The notes beneath the pieces were generated by a model. It did no database searches and had not been told where the DNA came from. It saw nothing but the letters and a program-made list of their open reading frames with translations. The position numbers and the translations under genes were made by a program. A stretch of 44,908 nt of DNA from a virus (taxonomy: Duplodnaviria > Caudoviricetes), in the IMG/VR virus record IMGVR_UViG_3300048796_000033, positions 1 to 44,908 of that record, one strand, 5' to 3'. Every line of letters begins with the position of its first letter. Position 1 is the first letter of the stretch. Shown here one piece after another: positions 35,516 through 43,689 of the stretch.

Positions 35516-35956
35516 TTAGTAAGTACCCAAGATGCCGTCGATTGCAACCGAGTCAAACACCCACTCGTACATGTCGCCATCTTCCGCGTATTTAATGGTC
35601 GGACGCTTTTTAAACGAGCACTGGCGCCCGGTATGAATGTCACCCACGGTCGCTTGCGATACAGTAATGACATTTTGCGCCCACAGGGACGCGGACATAG
35701 ATTGCGCATCGTATGCCGCCATCAGCACCGCATTAGCCGGAGCAGTCTTGAGTAAGCGCACCGTGATTTGACCAGACTTATCGGCGATTAGGGTGTTCAT
35801 ACCCTTTCCGTCCGCGCCGATAGTCATTTTATTTTTGTCGCCGGCCATCGCGATTTCAATACCTTCTTTCGCAACGGCCGCGCCGTACCCAAGACTCACG
35901 AGGAGGCCGGGGCCGGCAATGGTAGCGTTTACGTTCTTAAAGCTGTATGTGGACAT
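35516..35956 (-). CDS. Tail tube protein (DUF3277-like)
   Basis: TYSF, MTIGADG and EWVFD motifs; follows the sheath gene. Confidence 0.85.
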   Translation of the reverse strand: MSTYSFKNVNATIAGPGLLVSLGYGAAVAKEGIEIAMAGDKNKMTIGADGKGMNTLIADKSGQITVRLLKTAPANAVLMAAYDAQSMSASLWAQNVITVSQATVGDIHTGRQCSFKKRPTIKYAEDGDMYEWVFDSVAIDGILGTY

Positions 35957-35971
35957 TTCGGACCCCTAAAG

Positions 35972-37453
35972 TTATTGATTGACGCTGACCAGCACGTTTG
36001 CAAAATGCGTAGCCCCCGCCTGTTTTGCAGCGACTTGAAACGTTACGGATTTACGTGCGGCACGATCCGCTTGCGATTGAGACGAGACCGGAGGTGTGTA
36101 AATGTAATACCCGGTTGCCAAAGTTTGACCCGTCACGATAGCGCCGATATTCGGACCAGTCCATACGCCCGGTGCCAAAAATCCATTTTTGACTGCAGCT
36201 TCACAAGACTGAGTGATGTTGTTTGCAATCTGGTCTTGACCGCCGTCCGTTTGGGGTACTTTGCCCGCGCCATACAGGAAATTGAAAACGTTCGTTTGGA
36301 TACTTCCTTGAAACCAATCCACGTTTTGAATCTCGTCAAAGAACACGCCCGAGGCCATGACACCCTGCTGCAGGATAGCCACACCGTTTTGGTAACTGGC
36401 GTACACGTTGCAGTTTTTAGTGTTAAGGGTAGCCGCTTGGGATTCGGTCAAAGCTTCCGGCACGACGCCCGGCTCAGTTTTGAACTTGAGGGTAATTGTT
36501 GTATTCGAACCGGTAAAGTCGACCGTGAACGCTCGGGCTAATGCCGATGTGGCCGCGTAAGGGTTGGTCGAGCTGTACTGAGTGAACGTGCGGTTATACC
36601 CGAGCGCTGCCAACTCGGCGGCCAGATCGGTCGTCGAAGTAGATACCGTTGAGTTCGGATCTTGCGTAGTGATACCGAACACGTGCGACGGGTTTGCCGC
36701 TTCGATAAACCCGGCGACTGCTAAGTAATCCGCTGTTACTGTAGCAGTGCTGGCGACGTATAAGCCGTACCATTGTTGCGAAACGCTAGCTAGGGCGTTG
36801 ACCGCCGCTAAGCAGGTTTCAGCCGCAAGGCCTGCAACTGGAGCAATCGCACCGGTCGCGGCGGTCAAGGCCAACTGTGCGGAAATGTCGGTACCCGCGC
36901 CTGCCGTTGCGTACGCGACAGATGAAGCAATACCTGTTGTCGCGCTAACAATCTCAAAGCGGTTATAAGTCGCGTTCCAAGTGCAAGTGCCGTGAATCCC
37001 GAGTGCTGTATTTACGACAGCAGCAACGGCCGGCATATTGCCGACTGCTGAAAAGTTCAGCGTCTCTAAGTTACGCGCCGTCCCATCTATCACAATATCC
37101 ACACCGCCTGACGTGATGCCTGTCCAGGCGCTCGGCAACTGTTGCGCTGCCGTGAGTGGCCCACCGTGCAAAAGTCCCGGTGTTGCGGTCTGTGCCCACG
37201 CGCCGATATATACCTGGGTCGGTTGTGGGGATTGCGAGAAAAATTCTTGAGCGGCCAGGTACTCAGGCGTTGTGCTGCCGAAGTCTTGGCCGACGCCGGT
37301 CAATCCGGTATAGCTGCGAATACGTTGCACTACGTCGATTACTTGGGACGAGCCGAGAATTAAAAGTGTGCCGTAATTGCGCACCGCTGCGGCGATAGGG
37401 GAGAGTGAAACACTCACATTCACAACGTCGCTTACTGCTAGGGCGTTAGTCAT
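35972..37453 (-). CDS. Tail sheath protein (DUF3383-like)
   Basis: PEYLAAQEFFSQSPQP, TLKFKTEPGV, KVPQTDGG and SQADRAARKS motifs. Confidence 0.9.
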   Translation of the reverse strand: MTNALAVSDVVNVSVSLSPIAAAVRNYGTLLILGSSQVIDVVQRIRSYTGLTGVGQDFGSTTPEYLAAQEFFSQSPQPTQVYIGAWAQTATPGLLHGGPLTAAQQLPSAWTGITSGGVDIVIDGTARNLETLNFSAVGNMPAVAAVVNTALGIHGTCTWNATYNRFEIVSATTGIASSVAYATAGAGTDISAQLALTAATGAIAPVAGLAAETCLAAVNALASVSQQWYGLYVASTATVTADYLAVAGFIEAANPSHVFGITTQDPNSTVSTSTTDLAAELAALGYNRTFTQYSSTNPYAATSALARAFTVDFTGSNTTITLKFKTEPGVVPEALTESQAATLNTKNCNVYASYQNGVAILQQGVMASGVFFDEIQNVDWFQGSIQTNVFNFLYGAGKVPQTDGGQDQIANNITQSCEAAVKNGFLAPGVWTGPNIGAIVTGQTLATGYYIYTPPVSSQSQADRAARKSVTFQVAAKQAGATHFANVLVSVNQ

Positions 37454-37470
37454 TTTACGGCCTCTCTAGG

Positions 37471-38031
37471 TCAATTTGTAGTCACCGAGGTAACCCCGGA
37501 AATAATGTTTTCCACTGCATAGGTTCTTACAACCTGGCGCCGGAAGTATAACGGAATATCGCGCCGCCGTACCCATTGTTCGTTCACTAGCTCTGGAATA
37601 ACTTTGATCGTACCACTCTTGGTAAAGTCAATCAAATTTGTTTGCAGCACTTCGCTATTTTGAGGCACCGCCATGTTGTCACGAACTGCCGAAACATAAC
37701 CGCCAGAGTTCGGACCGTAAAAACTGACCAGCACTTCGACGCTCATGTGGCGCTGCATTAAATCTTGTCCAATCCCGCCGTTTGCCGCACCGTCATGAAT
37801 GATCGCGGGGCCGTCGTCGGGGTCTTGATCCGTAACGCCAATCGCGCACCAGTCTACTGACGCAGGCGGCTGCTTAGGCGGCGTGAGCTGCCATCGTGGG
37901 CGCACCATCGAACCGTCCAATCCCGTGATGCCGACAATGAGCGTTTGAAAGATCGCGGTAAGCGCGTCATCTTCCAGCGGCGCGGACGAGGTTGGAGTTA
38001 ATAGACCGCCAGTTGCGGAAGTGTTCGACAT
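37471..38031 (-). CDS. Neck/tail terminator protein
   Basis: MSNTSATGG..., VRPRWQ and PELVNEQWVRR motifs; precedes the sheath gene. Confidence 0.75.
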   Translation of the reverse strand: MSNTSATGGLLTPTSSAPLEDDALTAIFQTLIVGITGLDGSMVRPRWQLTPPKQPPASVDWCAIGVTDQDPDDGPAIIHDGAANGGIGQDLMQRHMSVEVLVSFYGPNSGGYVSAVRDNMAVPQNSEVLQTNLIDFTKSGTIKVIPELVNEQWVRRRDIPLYFRRQVVRTYAVENIISGVTSVTTN

Positions 38032-38402
38032 TACGCCCCCGCCAACGGTTGAATTGAACATGTGGCAGCCACAAATCCTCTGCCGAAATGTGAATAGTTT
38101 TTAACGTCTTTGACGAGGTAGTCCACGCCTTCCCACGTTACGTGATCCGCGTCCGTGTTCGGCCCGGCCATCGTGAGAATAAAAAGGGTGTGAATTATGA
38201 TCGTGCCGTGAACTTGAGACGCTGAATCGGTCCGTTCGATAACATCGCCCGACTCGTTCGTGACGACGCCCCAAAAATTGGAAGTCGTCGCGGCGAGTAC
38301 GGTATTGCCGTCGGACCCGACCGTCTCGACGCTGCGCGTACAAATTAGTTCGTCCGCAAAATCGGGGTCTTCGATAACTTCGGTAACGTCTAGGAAAGCC
38401 AT
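38031..38402 (-). CDS. Head closure protein
   Basis: FLDVTEVIEDPDF...YSHFGRGF; position in the module. Confidence 0.72.
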   Translation of the reverse strand: MAFLDVTEVIEDPDFADELICTRSVETVGSDGNTVLAATTSNFWGVVTNESGDVIERTDSASQVHGTIIIHTLFILTMAGPNTDADHVTWEGVDYLVKDVKNYSHFGRGFVAATCSIQPLAGA

Positions 38403-38938
38403 TATTTAGCCCGCCGTACGTAGGTAATCGCGTTGCGGTATTGAGCCGTATCGATCAAAGGTTTTGCTAGGTCGACGCTCGGGGTCAATCCGTCTGCTCT
38501 ATTCGCCAGTTCTTGAATAGCGCCCTTGCGGCCACGGCGTGCGCGTGCTTTGAGCGTTGACTCTGCCAGCGCTGGTGCGACGCCGGCATTAAGTACGGCC
38601 TTGACCGCACTGGCGCCAGCCATGCCCGCCGCGTCAAGCTGACGGTTCACTTCCGGCGTGTTGCCCGATAGCGCGGCGATTGTCGCCTTGCGGAATCGGT
38701 CAGCGATAATTGATTGTGCGTTCGTTACGCCCGGTACCAAGTGAGGCCGCGCCGGAATGTTGTTTGCAGGCGACCCGTTTTCTTGAATGTAGCCAATCGT
38801 GGCGTTGTTGATTTCTTCGCCCTTTTCCAGCCGGTCAGTACGGGTTGACGGTATGCCGACCATTACTTCCTGATTGGTTAACGCCTTAAGAGACGCAAGT
38901 AGCGCCGCTGTGCCGTCTTGGAGGACTGACAGGCTCAT
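38402..38938 (-). CDS. Neck / tail completion protein
   Basis: VMVGIP, ENGSPANNIPARP and KPLIDTAQ motifs. Confidence 0.78.
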   Translation of the reverse strand: MSLSVLQDGTAALLASLKALTNQEVMVGIPSTRTDRLEKGEEINNATIGYIQENGSPANNIPARPHLVPGVTNAQSIIADRFRKATIAALSGNTPEVNRQLDAAGMAGASAVKAVLNAGVAPALAESTLKARARRGRKGAIQELANRADGLTPSVDLAKPLIDTAQYRNAITYVRRAK

Positions 38939-39309
38939 AATTGGATCGGGCCAGCGCCAAACATGCGCATCAGCCCGAGCAGCTGTAAACCGTAGGACGT
39001 GCCGCCCCAGTGACCCGCGTTCTCAAGCTTGACCGAACTGGTATCGTACGAGACGGAAACCTTGTCGACGGTCTTGGATGCTTGTGGCGCCATGACCAGG
39101 CCGGTATAGCCGGGCCGGTTACGATACCCGAGGGTAAGTTCGTGCGCAATAAAAAATTCCGTTGCGTAGTCCAGCATTTCGCAGAACCGTTGCGCGTTCA
39201 ACAGAGTGAGCGCGTAGGTCAGCCAGAACGTGACCGCCGCGTCCGGATACTTTGTCGTATCTGAAAACTCAGGAAAATCTACCCGGAAGCTGGCGGCGGT
39301 CACGGTCAT
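38935..39309 (-). CDS. Head-tail adaptor (DUF4054-like)
   Basis: FRVDFPEF, FIAH, VSVSYD and TSYG motifs. Confidence 0.82.
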   Translation of the reverse strand: MTVTAASFRVDFPEFSDTTKYPDAAVTFWLTYALTLLNAQRFCEMLDYATEFFIAHELTLGYRNRPGYTGLVMAPQASKTVDKVSVSYDTSSVKLENAGHWGGTSYGLQLLGLMRMFGAGPIQL

Positions 39310-39312
39310 GGT

Positions 39313-39606
39313 TTATTTCTTTTTAGGGGCTTTGTCTAGCGCCTTTAAAACGGCGGCCATTTCATCGTCTTTCGCCAACAGCTCGGCTTCCAACTCGGCG
39401 ATACGCGCGCGTGCGACGGTCAGGTCGTGCTCGAGTTCGCCAGCCGAAGCGTCGACAGGCGCGGTCAAATGCGCCACGACGTAAGAATGCCCGGCCGCTT
39501 CGGAGTCAACCACATTGCGGCCTGCGACAAATTTTAAATCTTCTTTACCTGGGCGACGTAACGTGAACCCCCGGCCAACATGTACTACTTTTTGATCTTG
39601 TGCCAT
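39313..39606 (-). CDS. Small head-associated protein with coiled coil
   Basis: AAGGGG SD; follows the major capsid gene. Confidence 0.65.
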   Translation of the reverse strand: MAQDQKVVHVGRGFTLRRPGKEDLKFVAGRNVVDSEAAGHSYVVAHLTAPVDASAGELEHDLTVARARIAELEAELLAKDDEMAAVLKALDKAPKKK

Positions 39607-39623
39607 ATCGGCCCCTTGTGAAA

Positions 39624-39648
39624 TTGAAAGAGCCGGGGCGTACCCGGC
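39624..39648 (-). terminator. Putative intrinsic terminator after the major capsid gene
   Basis: GCCGGG-TACGC-CCCGGC followed by TCTTTCAATTT. Confidence 0.55.
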
Positions 39649-39664
39649 ATCCTAGTTACTCGGC

Positions 39665-40702
39665 TTAAATATTATCGCCGTATGCGCCCGTTTCAGGGTA
39701 CACCCATTCGACAGCACCCAGGCGACCAAAATACGTGGTCAACTGGTTCAAGCTGCGATATTCCAACGGAGTACGTTGTAATGGCACGAGCGGGAAGCGA
39801 ACACGAGAGCGGTCGTTGGTGTACGCAACCATACGATCAGTTGCACCCGCGCCAGCACCGGTCAACCATTTGACAGGACGTATATTTAACGGACGACCGT
39901 TTTTTGCCATCGAGATACAATTCATCTTGATGTATTCCAGCACGGACTGATTACCCGCGTTCGATACGATGGTCGTGACCAGAATAGCGAACTTCAAAGG
40001 CGGCAAGAGCAAATCGGTCGGGCAAAGAGCGTACCCAGTATTCGCCCAAGCTTCGGACAGTACGGCATTCACGTCGGCCAACATTGAAGCGGCGGTTGCA
40101 GTCGCCCAGCTACCGTTCGGCACATTACCTGCCGGTACTTGAGCATTGTTGACAAGACCCGTTACGCCCAACAGGGTGTCGCCGACATAAACTTGCTCGT
40201 CGATATCCATCTGATGCTTAAGGTTCATGCCTTCGATTTTTTGAGAGTCAACCGGACGGCCTAAGCGTTGTGCGCTTTCCAATTCTGGAATAGTCCAGCC
40301 AATTTCCATACCCCATAAGTTCAGAGGATTGGCAGTTTTGGCGATATCCAGCGCGATACCTTTGATAGCATTCGCGTCTTTACCAATCCAGTTTTTACCG
40401 CCCGGCGATGGACCGCCGGCCGCTGCAAAGAACGAGTTAGTAAAGCTGGACAGCTCGTCGGCGATTGTCACGTCTTCACGCATTTTAATATCGCGGGACC
40501 AGGTGATATCTACCAACGGCATGTTCAGCGTTTGGTCGAGGCGTTCTAATTCCCCGATCAGGAACGTACCGGCGCTGTCGACGGTCTGACGATCAAACGT
40601 CATCAATCCGTCGGTGGTGTACCGGCGAACCGGTTTAGCGTGGCCGTAAGACGAGGCCAACGCCGCCGCCATTGTGCTGGCGATGATTAATTTATTTTTC
40701 AT
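39665..40702 (-). CDS. Major capsid protein (DUF2184-like, HK97 fold)
   Basis: FLIGELERLD, TWSRDI, GRPVDSQK and DRMVAY motifs; 345 aa. Confidence 0.9.
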   Translation of the reverse strand: MKNKLIIASTMAAALASSYGHAKPVRRYTTDGLMTFDRQTVDSAGTFLIGELERLDQTLNMPLVDITWSRDIKMREDVTIADELSSFTNSFFAAAGGPSPGGKNWIGKDANAIKGIALDIAKTANPLNLWGMEIGWTIPELESAQRLGRPVDSQKIEGMNLKHQMDIDEQVYVGDTLLGVTGLVNNAQVPAGNVPNGSWATATAASMLADVNAVLSEAWANTGYALCPTDLLLPPLKFAILVTTIVSNAGNQSVLEYIKMNCISMAKNGRPLNIRPVKWLTGAGAGATDRMVAYTNDRSRVRFPLVPLQRTPLEYRSLNQLTTYFGRLGAVEWVYPETGAYGDNI

Positions 40703-40720
40703 GATACGCGGGCCTCTCGT

Positions 40721-41470
40721 TTAGATGTTGTATTGGATTTCGACGTTACCGCTTGCATCTGCGGCCGACTTGAACACGGCGCCAGGTAAAGGCACTGTGC
40801 TGCGCGCTACGGTAATAGTGAACGAGTCGCCCGCTACCATCGGTGTGCCGCCTACCGTAATCGTTGCAGTAATGCCGCCAGCCGAGTATACCGCGCCGGT
40901 TGAGCCCGCCACGTATTCAGTGCCGTCCGGTGCGCTCATGGTGAACTTGGTAGCCGCTGTCATCACGACGGTGTAGGCGCCCAACTGAGCCGCCGCTGTC
41001 GAAGATACCGAGCCGATCGTGCCGTTACCGGTATTGCCGACAGTAGCCGCGCCGACCGTGGTGCCTACAGCTGCCGCTTCGATACCACCAATAGGTGTGC
41101 CGCTCGCGGGGTTTGCTACACGAATATAAACTTGCCCTTCGGTTGCTGGCGTACCGGCATTGTTCACGACAGTCATAAATCCGCGACGCATCTGGTCACC
41201 AAACACGAAAGTCGAAATTCCCGAGCCGTCAGCGTTTGCCGTTTGGATCGGGTAAGGGCGTACTAGGAAGCCGGCTACGACTGCGGCGGTGTCGTTCGCT
41301 ACTAACGGAACGAAACAGCCGCTTACGAATTTACCGACCTGTCCGTACGCTGAAAAAGGTGTGGACGGGTTCAACTGCACCGGTTCGACTACTGTGAACT
41401 GGCGGCGGCTGACGTCGCCGGGTATGCCGGAATTCACCCGGTATAAGAGGGCATTGCTTTGACGGGTCAT
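40721..41470 (-). CDS. Head decoration/cement protein with an inserted beta-rich domain
   Basis: GIPGDVSR, GFLVRPYP and GNVEIQYNI motifs; precedes the capsid gene. Confidence 0.75.
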   Translation of the reverse strand: MTRQSNALLYRVNSGIPGDVSRRQFTVVEPVQLNPSTPFSAYGQVGKFVSGCFVPLVANDTAAVVAGFLVRPYPIQTANADGSGISTFVFGDQMRRGFMTVVNNAGTPATEGQVYIRVANPASGTPIGGIEAAAVGTTVGAATVGNTGNGTIGSVSSTAAAQLGAYTVVMTAATKFTMSAPDGTEYVAGSTGAVYSAGGITATITVGGTPMVAGDSFTITVARSTVPLPGAVFKSAADASGNVEIQYNI

Positions 41471-41502
41471 GATTGTTACCCCTTTCGTTTGGGTGAAGTG
41501 AA

Positions 41503-42750
41503 TTAATTAGTTTTCCAGAACTCTGCGTTCCGGGCGTTCATATCCGCAATTGACGGAGCCTTGCCAAAGTCGCCGGTTTTGACGCCCATGGAAACAGTGC
41601 TTGATTTCGCGTTGTTACGCGTACGTGCCATTTCGGTAGCGGCCACGAAAACAGTGCCGACCGCCGAAGCGTCCAGACTGTCTACCGTGCTTGCCCCGAT
41701 CAGCGACGCGACGATGGTACGGCCGTCCGCTGTCTTCATAGCTTCGCGCAACACGTGGCGGCGTGCAGTCACCAATGTGGCCGAAGTCAAAGTCCCGTCC
41801 ATCGTTGGCAATACCAGACCAGGCACCAGAATTTCGGCACGGCTTGTGATTTCGCGCAGGGAGTCGCCGGTCTTGATTTTGCCGGCTTCTTCGTTCGCTT
41901 CGTCTTCCATGCGTTTTTTCTTGTCCTCTTCGGACTCTTCCGGGTCGGCTGCATCTTTCACGAGCTTGGCGACAATCTTGGTCAGGCCGTCAACCGTGGC
42001 GACGAGCTTGGAAACTGCATCCTCGGTTTTCTTACCTTTTTCTTTGGCTTCACGCTCGGCTTTTTCTTCCGGCGTTTCGTCTTCCGCGTCTTCCATTGCG
42101 GCGGCTATTTGGTCCGCGTCACCCATACGGACGGCGCGCAATAGGCGTTTAAGTAATGTTTCTTTGTTAGTGGTTGCCATGCTTATATCTCCGTCTTGAA
42201 TTGAACAACGTGGGCCTGCTCTGCCGCGCTCGACGAGCGCGACGTGATTTCCAATAATGTTACGCTGGTACGCGACGCCTGGGCCGTCTTGCACGTAGTC
42301 GGCTTCATATCCGCACGATACGTCACGCAAGGGCTTGTCCCCCGGGATAGGCATGCCATAGGCGTCTTTTTTAACTTGTACTAATTCGATAGCATTCGCG
42401 TCGGTAATGAGCAGGTCGGCCAGCACGAGGTCGATTCTGTCGCCCTCTCCGCGCCGCACGTTCTGGACAGTACCGACGGTCAATTCACGCCAAGTATCAG
42501 GGTCCACAAAATTATGATCGATGGTAACGGACTTGCCTTCGAATGATGCCAACGTCTCGGGCCGGAACACTTCGGACTCTTCGCGAATGACTTTAATCAG
42601 GCCGTCTATGCTCGGTATTAATTCTTTTAATTCTGCCCCCGCGTACGTCTGCGAACCGGTACGAGCAATTGCGACACCTTGGCACAGCAAATAACCCTCG
42701 GGGGTCTTCGACTGCGTGGGGCCTAACTGTTCGGTGGCGTAGAATCTCAT
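41503..42750 (-). CDS. DUF2213-like prohead protease with C-terminal scaffold-like region
   Basis: TPEGYL, IARTG, VSCGY and NHVALVERGRAG motifs; charged C-terminal half. Confidence 0.85.
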   Translation of the reverse strand: MRFYATEQLGPTQSKTPEGYLLCQGVAIARTGSQTYAGAELKELIPSIDGLIKVIREESEVFRPETLASFEGKSVTIDHNFVDPDTWRELTVGTVQNVRRGEGDRIDLVLADLLITDANAIELVQVKKDAYGMPIPGDKPLRDVSCGYEADYVQDGPGVAYQRNIIGNHVALVERGRAGPRCSIQDGDISMATTNKETLLKRLLRAVRMGDADQIAAAMEDAEDETPEEKAEREAKEKGKKTEDAVSKLVATVDGLTKIVAKLVKDAADPEESEEDKKKRMEDEANEEAGKIKTGDSLREITSRAEILVPGLVLPTMDGTLTSATLVTARRHVLREAMKTADGRTIVASLIGASTVDSLDASAVGTVFVAATEMARTRNNAKSSTVSMGVKTGDFGKAPSIADMNARNAEFWKTN

Positions 42751-42759
42751 AATTTGGCA

Positions 42760-42770
42760 ATGCTACGGCA
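42760..42770 (-). promoter_or_regulatory. Putative late promoter -10 (TGCCG-TAGCAT), 9 nt before the ATG at 42750
   Basis: Shared motif; TTGTGC lies 17 nt upstream of the -10; no SD. Confidence 0.5.
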
Positions 42771-42797
42771 ATTTTTAAATTCGCACAACTATTTGCA

Positions 42798-43526
42798 TTA
42801 CTCGGGGATGATCGGGTCTGGGTAGCACCGGCAATTATAAATTTGCCCCGCGTGCGTTGTTGTACCGTCGCTCAAGGTGGGCGGCGTGTCCCACCGCACG
42901 ACCTTGCCGTTCATTTGCGCGTGGCTTTCCCGCACGTCCCCGTCCCCACTCGTGCGCCAGATATATGACGTTGACCCGATATGCGTAGCACGCGCCTCGG
43001 TCAATTTCGACGCCGTCCGGGCAACTTCGGTACGAGCAATGAGCGTTGCCTTCGATGCCGAGACGTTACCCGAATCAAGAATTGCCGCCTCTGCCTCTTT
43101 GGCGCGACTAGAATCCTCAAGACCCGTCATTGTCCACGCGTGAACGCGTTGCGCCGCGTCGAGCGGTATGGATTGAATAAGCGTGACCTGTTCGGCCAGC
43201 ATTGACCGCATGAGGTCGCCAGTCGGTGCGTTTTGTATCTCGTCGCGCAGGGCCTTAGACATTTGGATCGATCTATCGCGCCACATCTGCTCATTTTTAC
43301 GACCAACCACGTACAGCATACGAGCCGCCGCGGAGTGCGCCCAGTCGCCGAGCAGCTGCGAGTAGTCGTCCATGATGCGCCTGATTGCCACATCGGACTG
43401 CGGTGCGCCTGGCGGGTAACTGTTAATAATGTCGCCGACGTGCTTGGCGATTTTGCGCAACTGAACGCCGTACGCTTGTTCGGCCTTTTTAGTGTGCGCG
43501 GGATTGACGCGTTTTGGATTAGTCAT
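42798..43526 (-). CDS. Head morphogenesis protein (Mu gpF / SPP1 gp7 family)
   Basis: LIARTE, YIWRTSGDGDVRESH and AGQIYNCRC motifs. Confidence 0.9.
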   Translation of the reverse strand: MTNPKRVNPAHTKKAEQAYGVQLRKIAKHVGDIINSYPPGAPQSDVAIRRIMDDYSQLLGDWAHSAAARMLYVVGRKNEQMWRDRSIQMSKALRDEIQNAPTGDLMRSMLAEQVTLIQSIPLDAAQRVHAWTMTGLEDSSRAKEAEAAILDSGNVSASKATLIARTEVARTASKLTEARATHIGSTSYIWRTSGDGDVRESHAQMNGKVVRWDTPPTLSDGTTTHAGQIYNCRCYPDPIIPE

Positions 43527-43689
43527 CGAAGAAATGGGGTTTGCGTACGATAGCCGCGCCGCTGGTTACGTGCACCACGGTACCGACTGGTCGAGCGGTT
43601 ATGGCGCGACGGTTAGGGCATTTCACATGTGAACATTCCACGCGTGTCGCCCGATGGCAGACTTTACAGGGTTTGGGTGGCGTTTTCAA
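43519..43689 (-). CDS. Small Cys-rich (zinc-finger-like) protein, 56 aa (not in ORF track)
   Basis: TTG start overlaps the portal TGA; GGGGG SD; CKVC-x7-C-x4-C; stop overlaps the gpF start. Confidence 0.55.
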   Translation of the reverse strand: MKTPPKPCKVCHRATRVECSHVKCPNRRAITARPVGTVVHVTSGAAIVRKPHFFDD

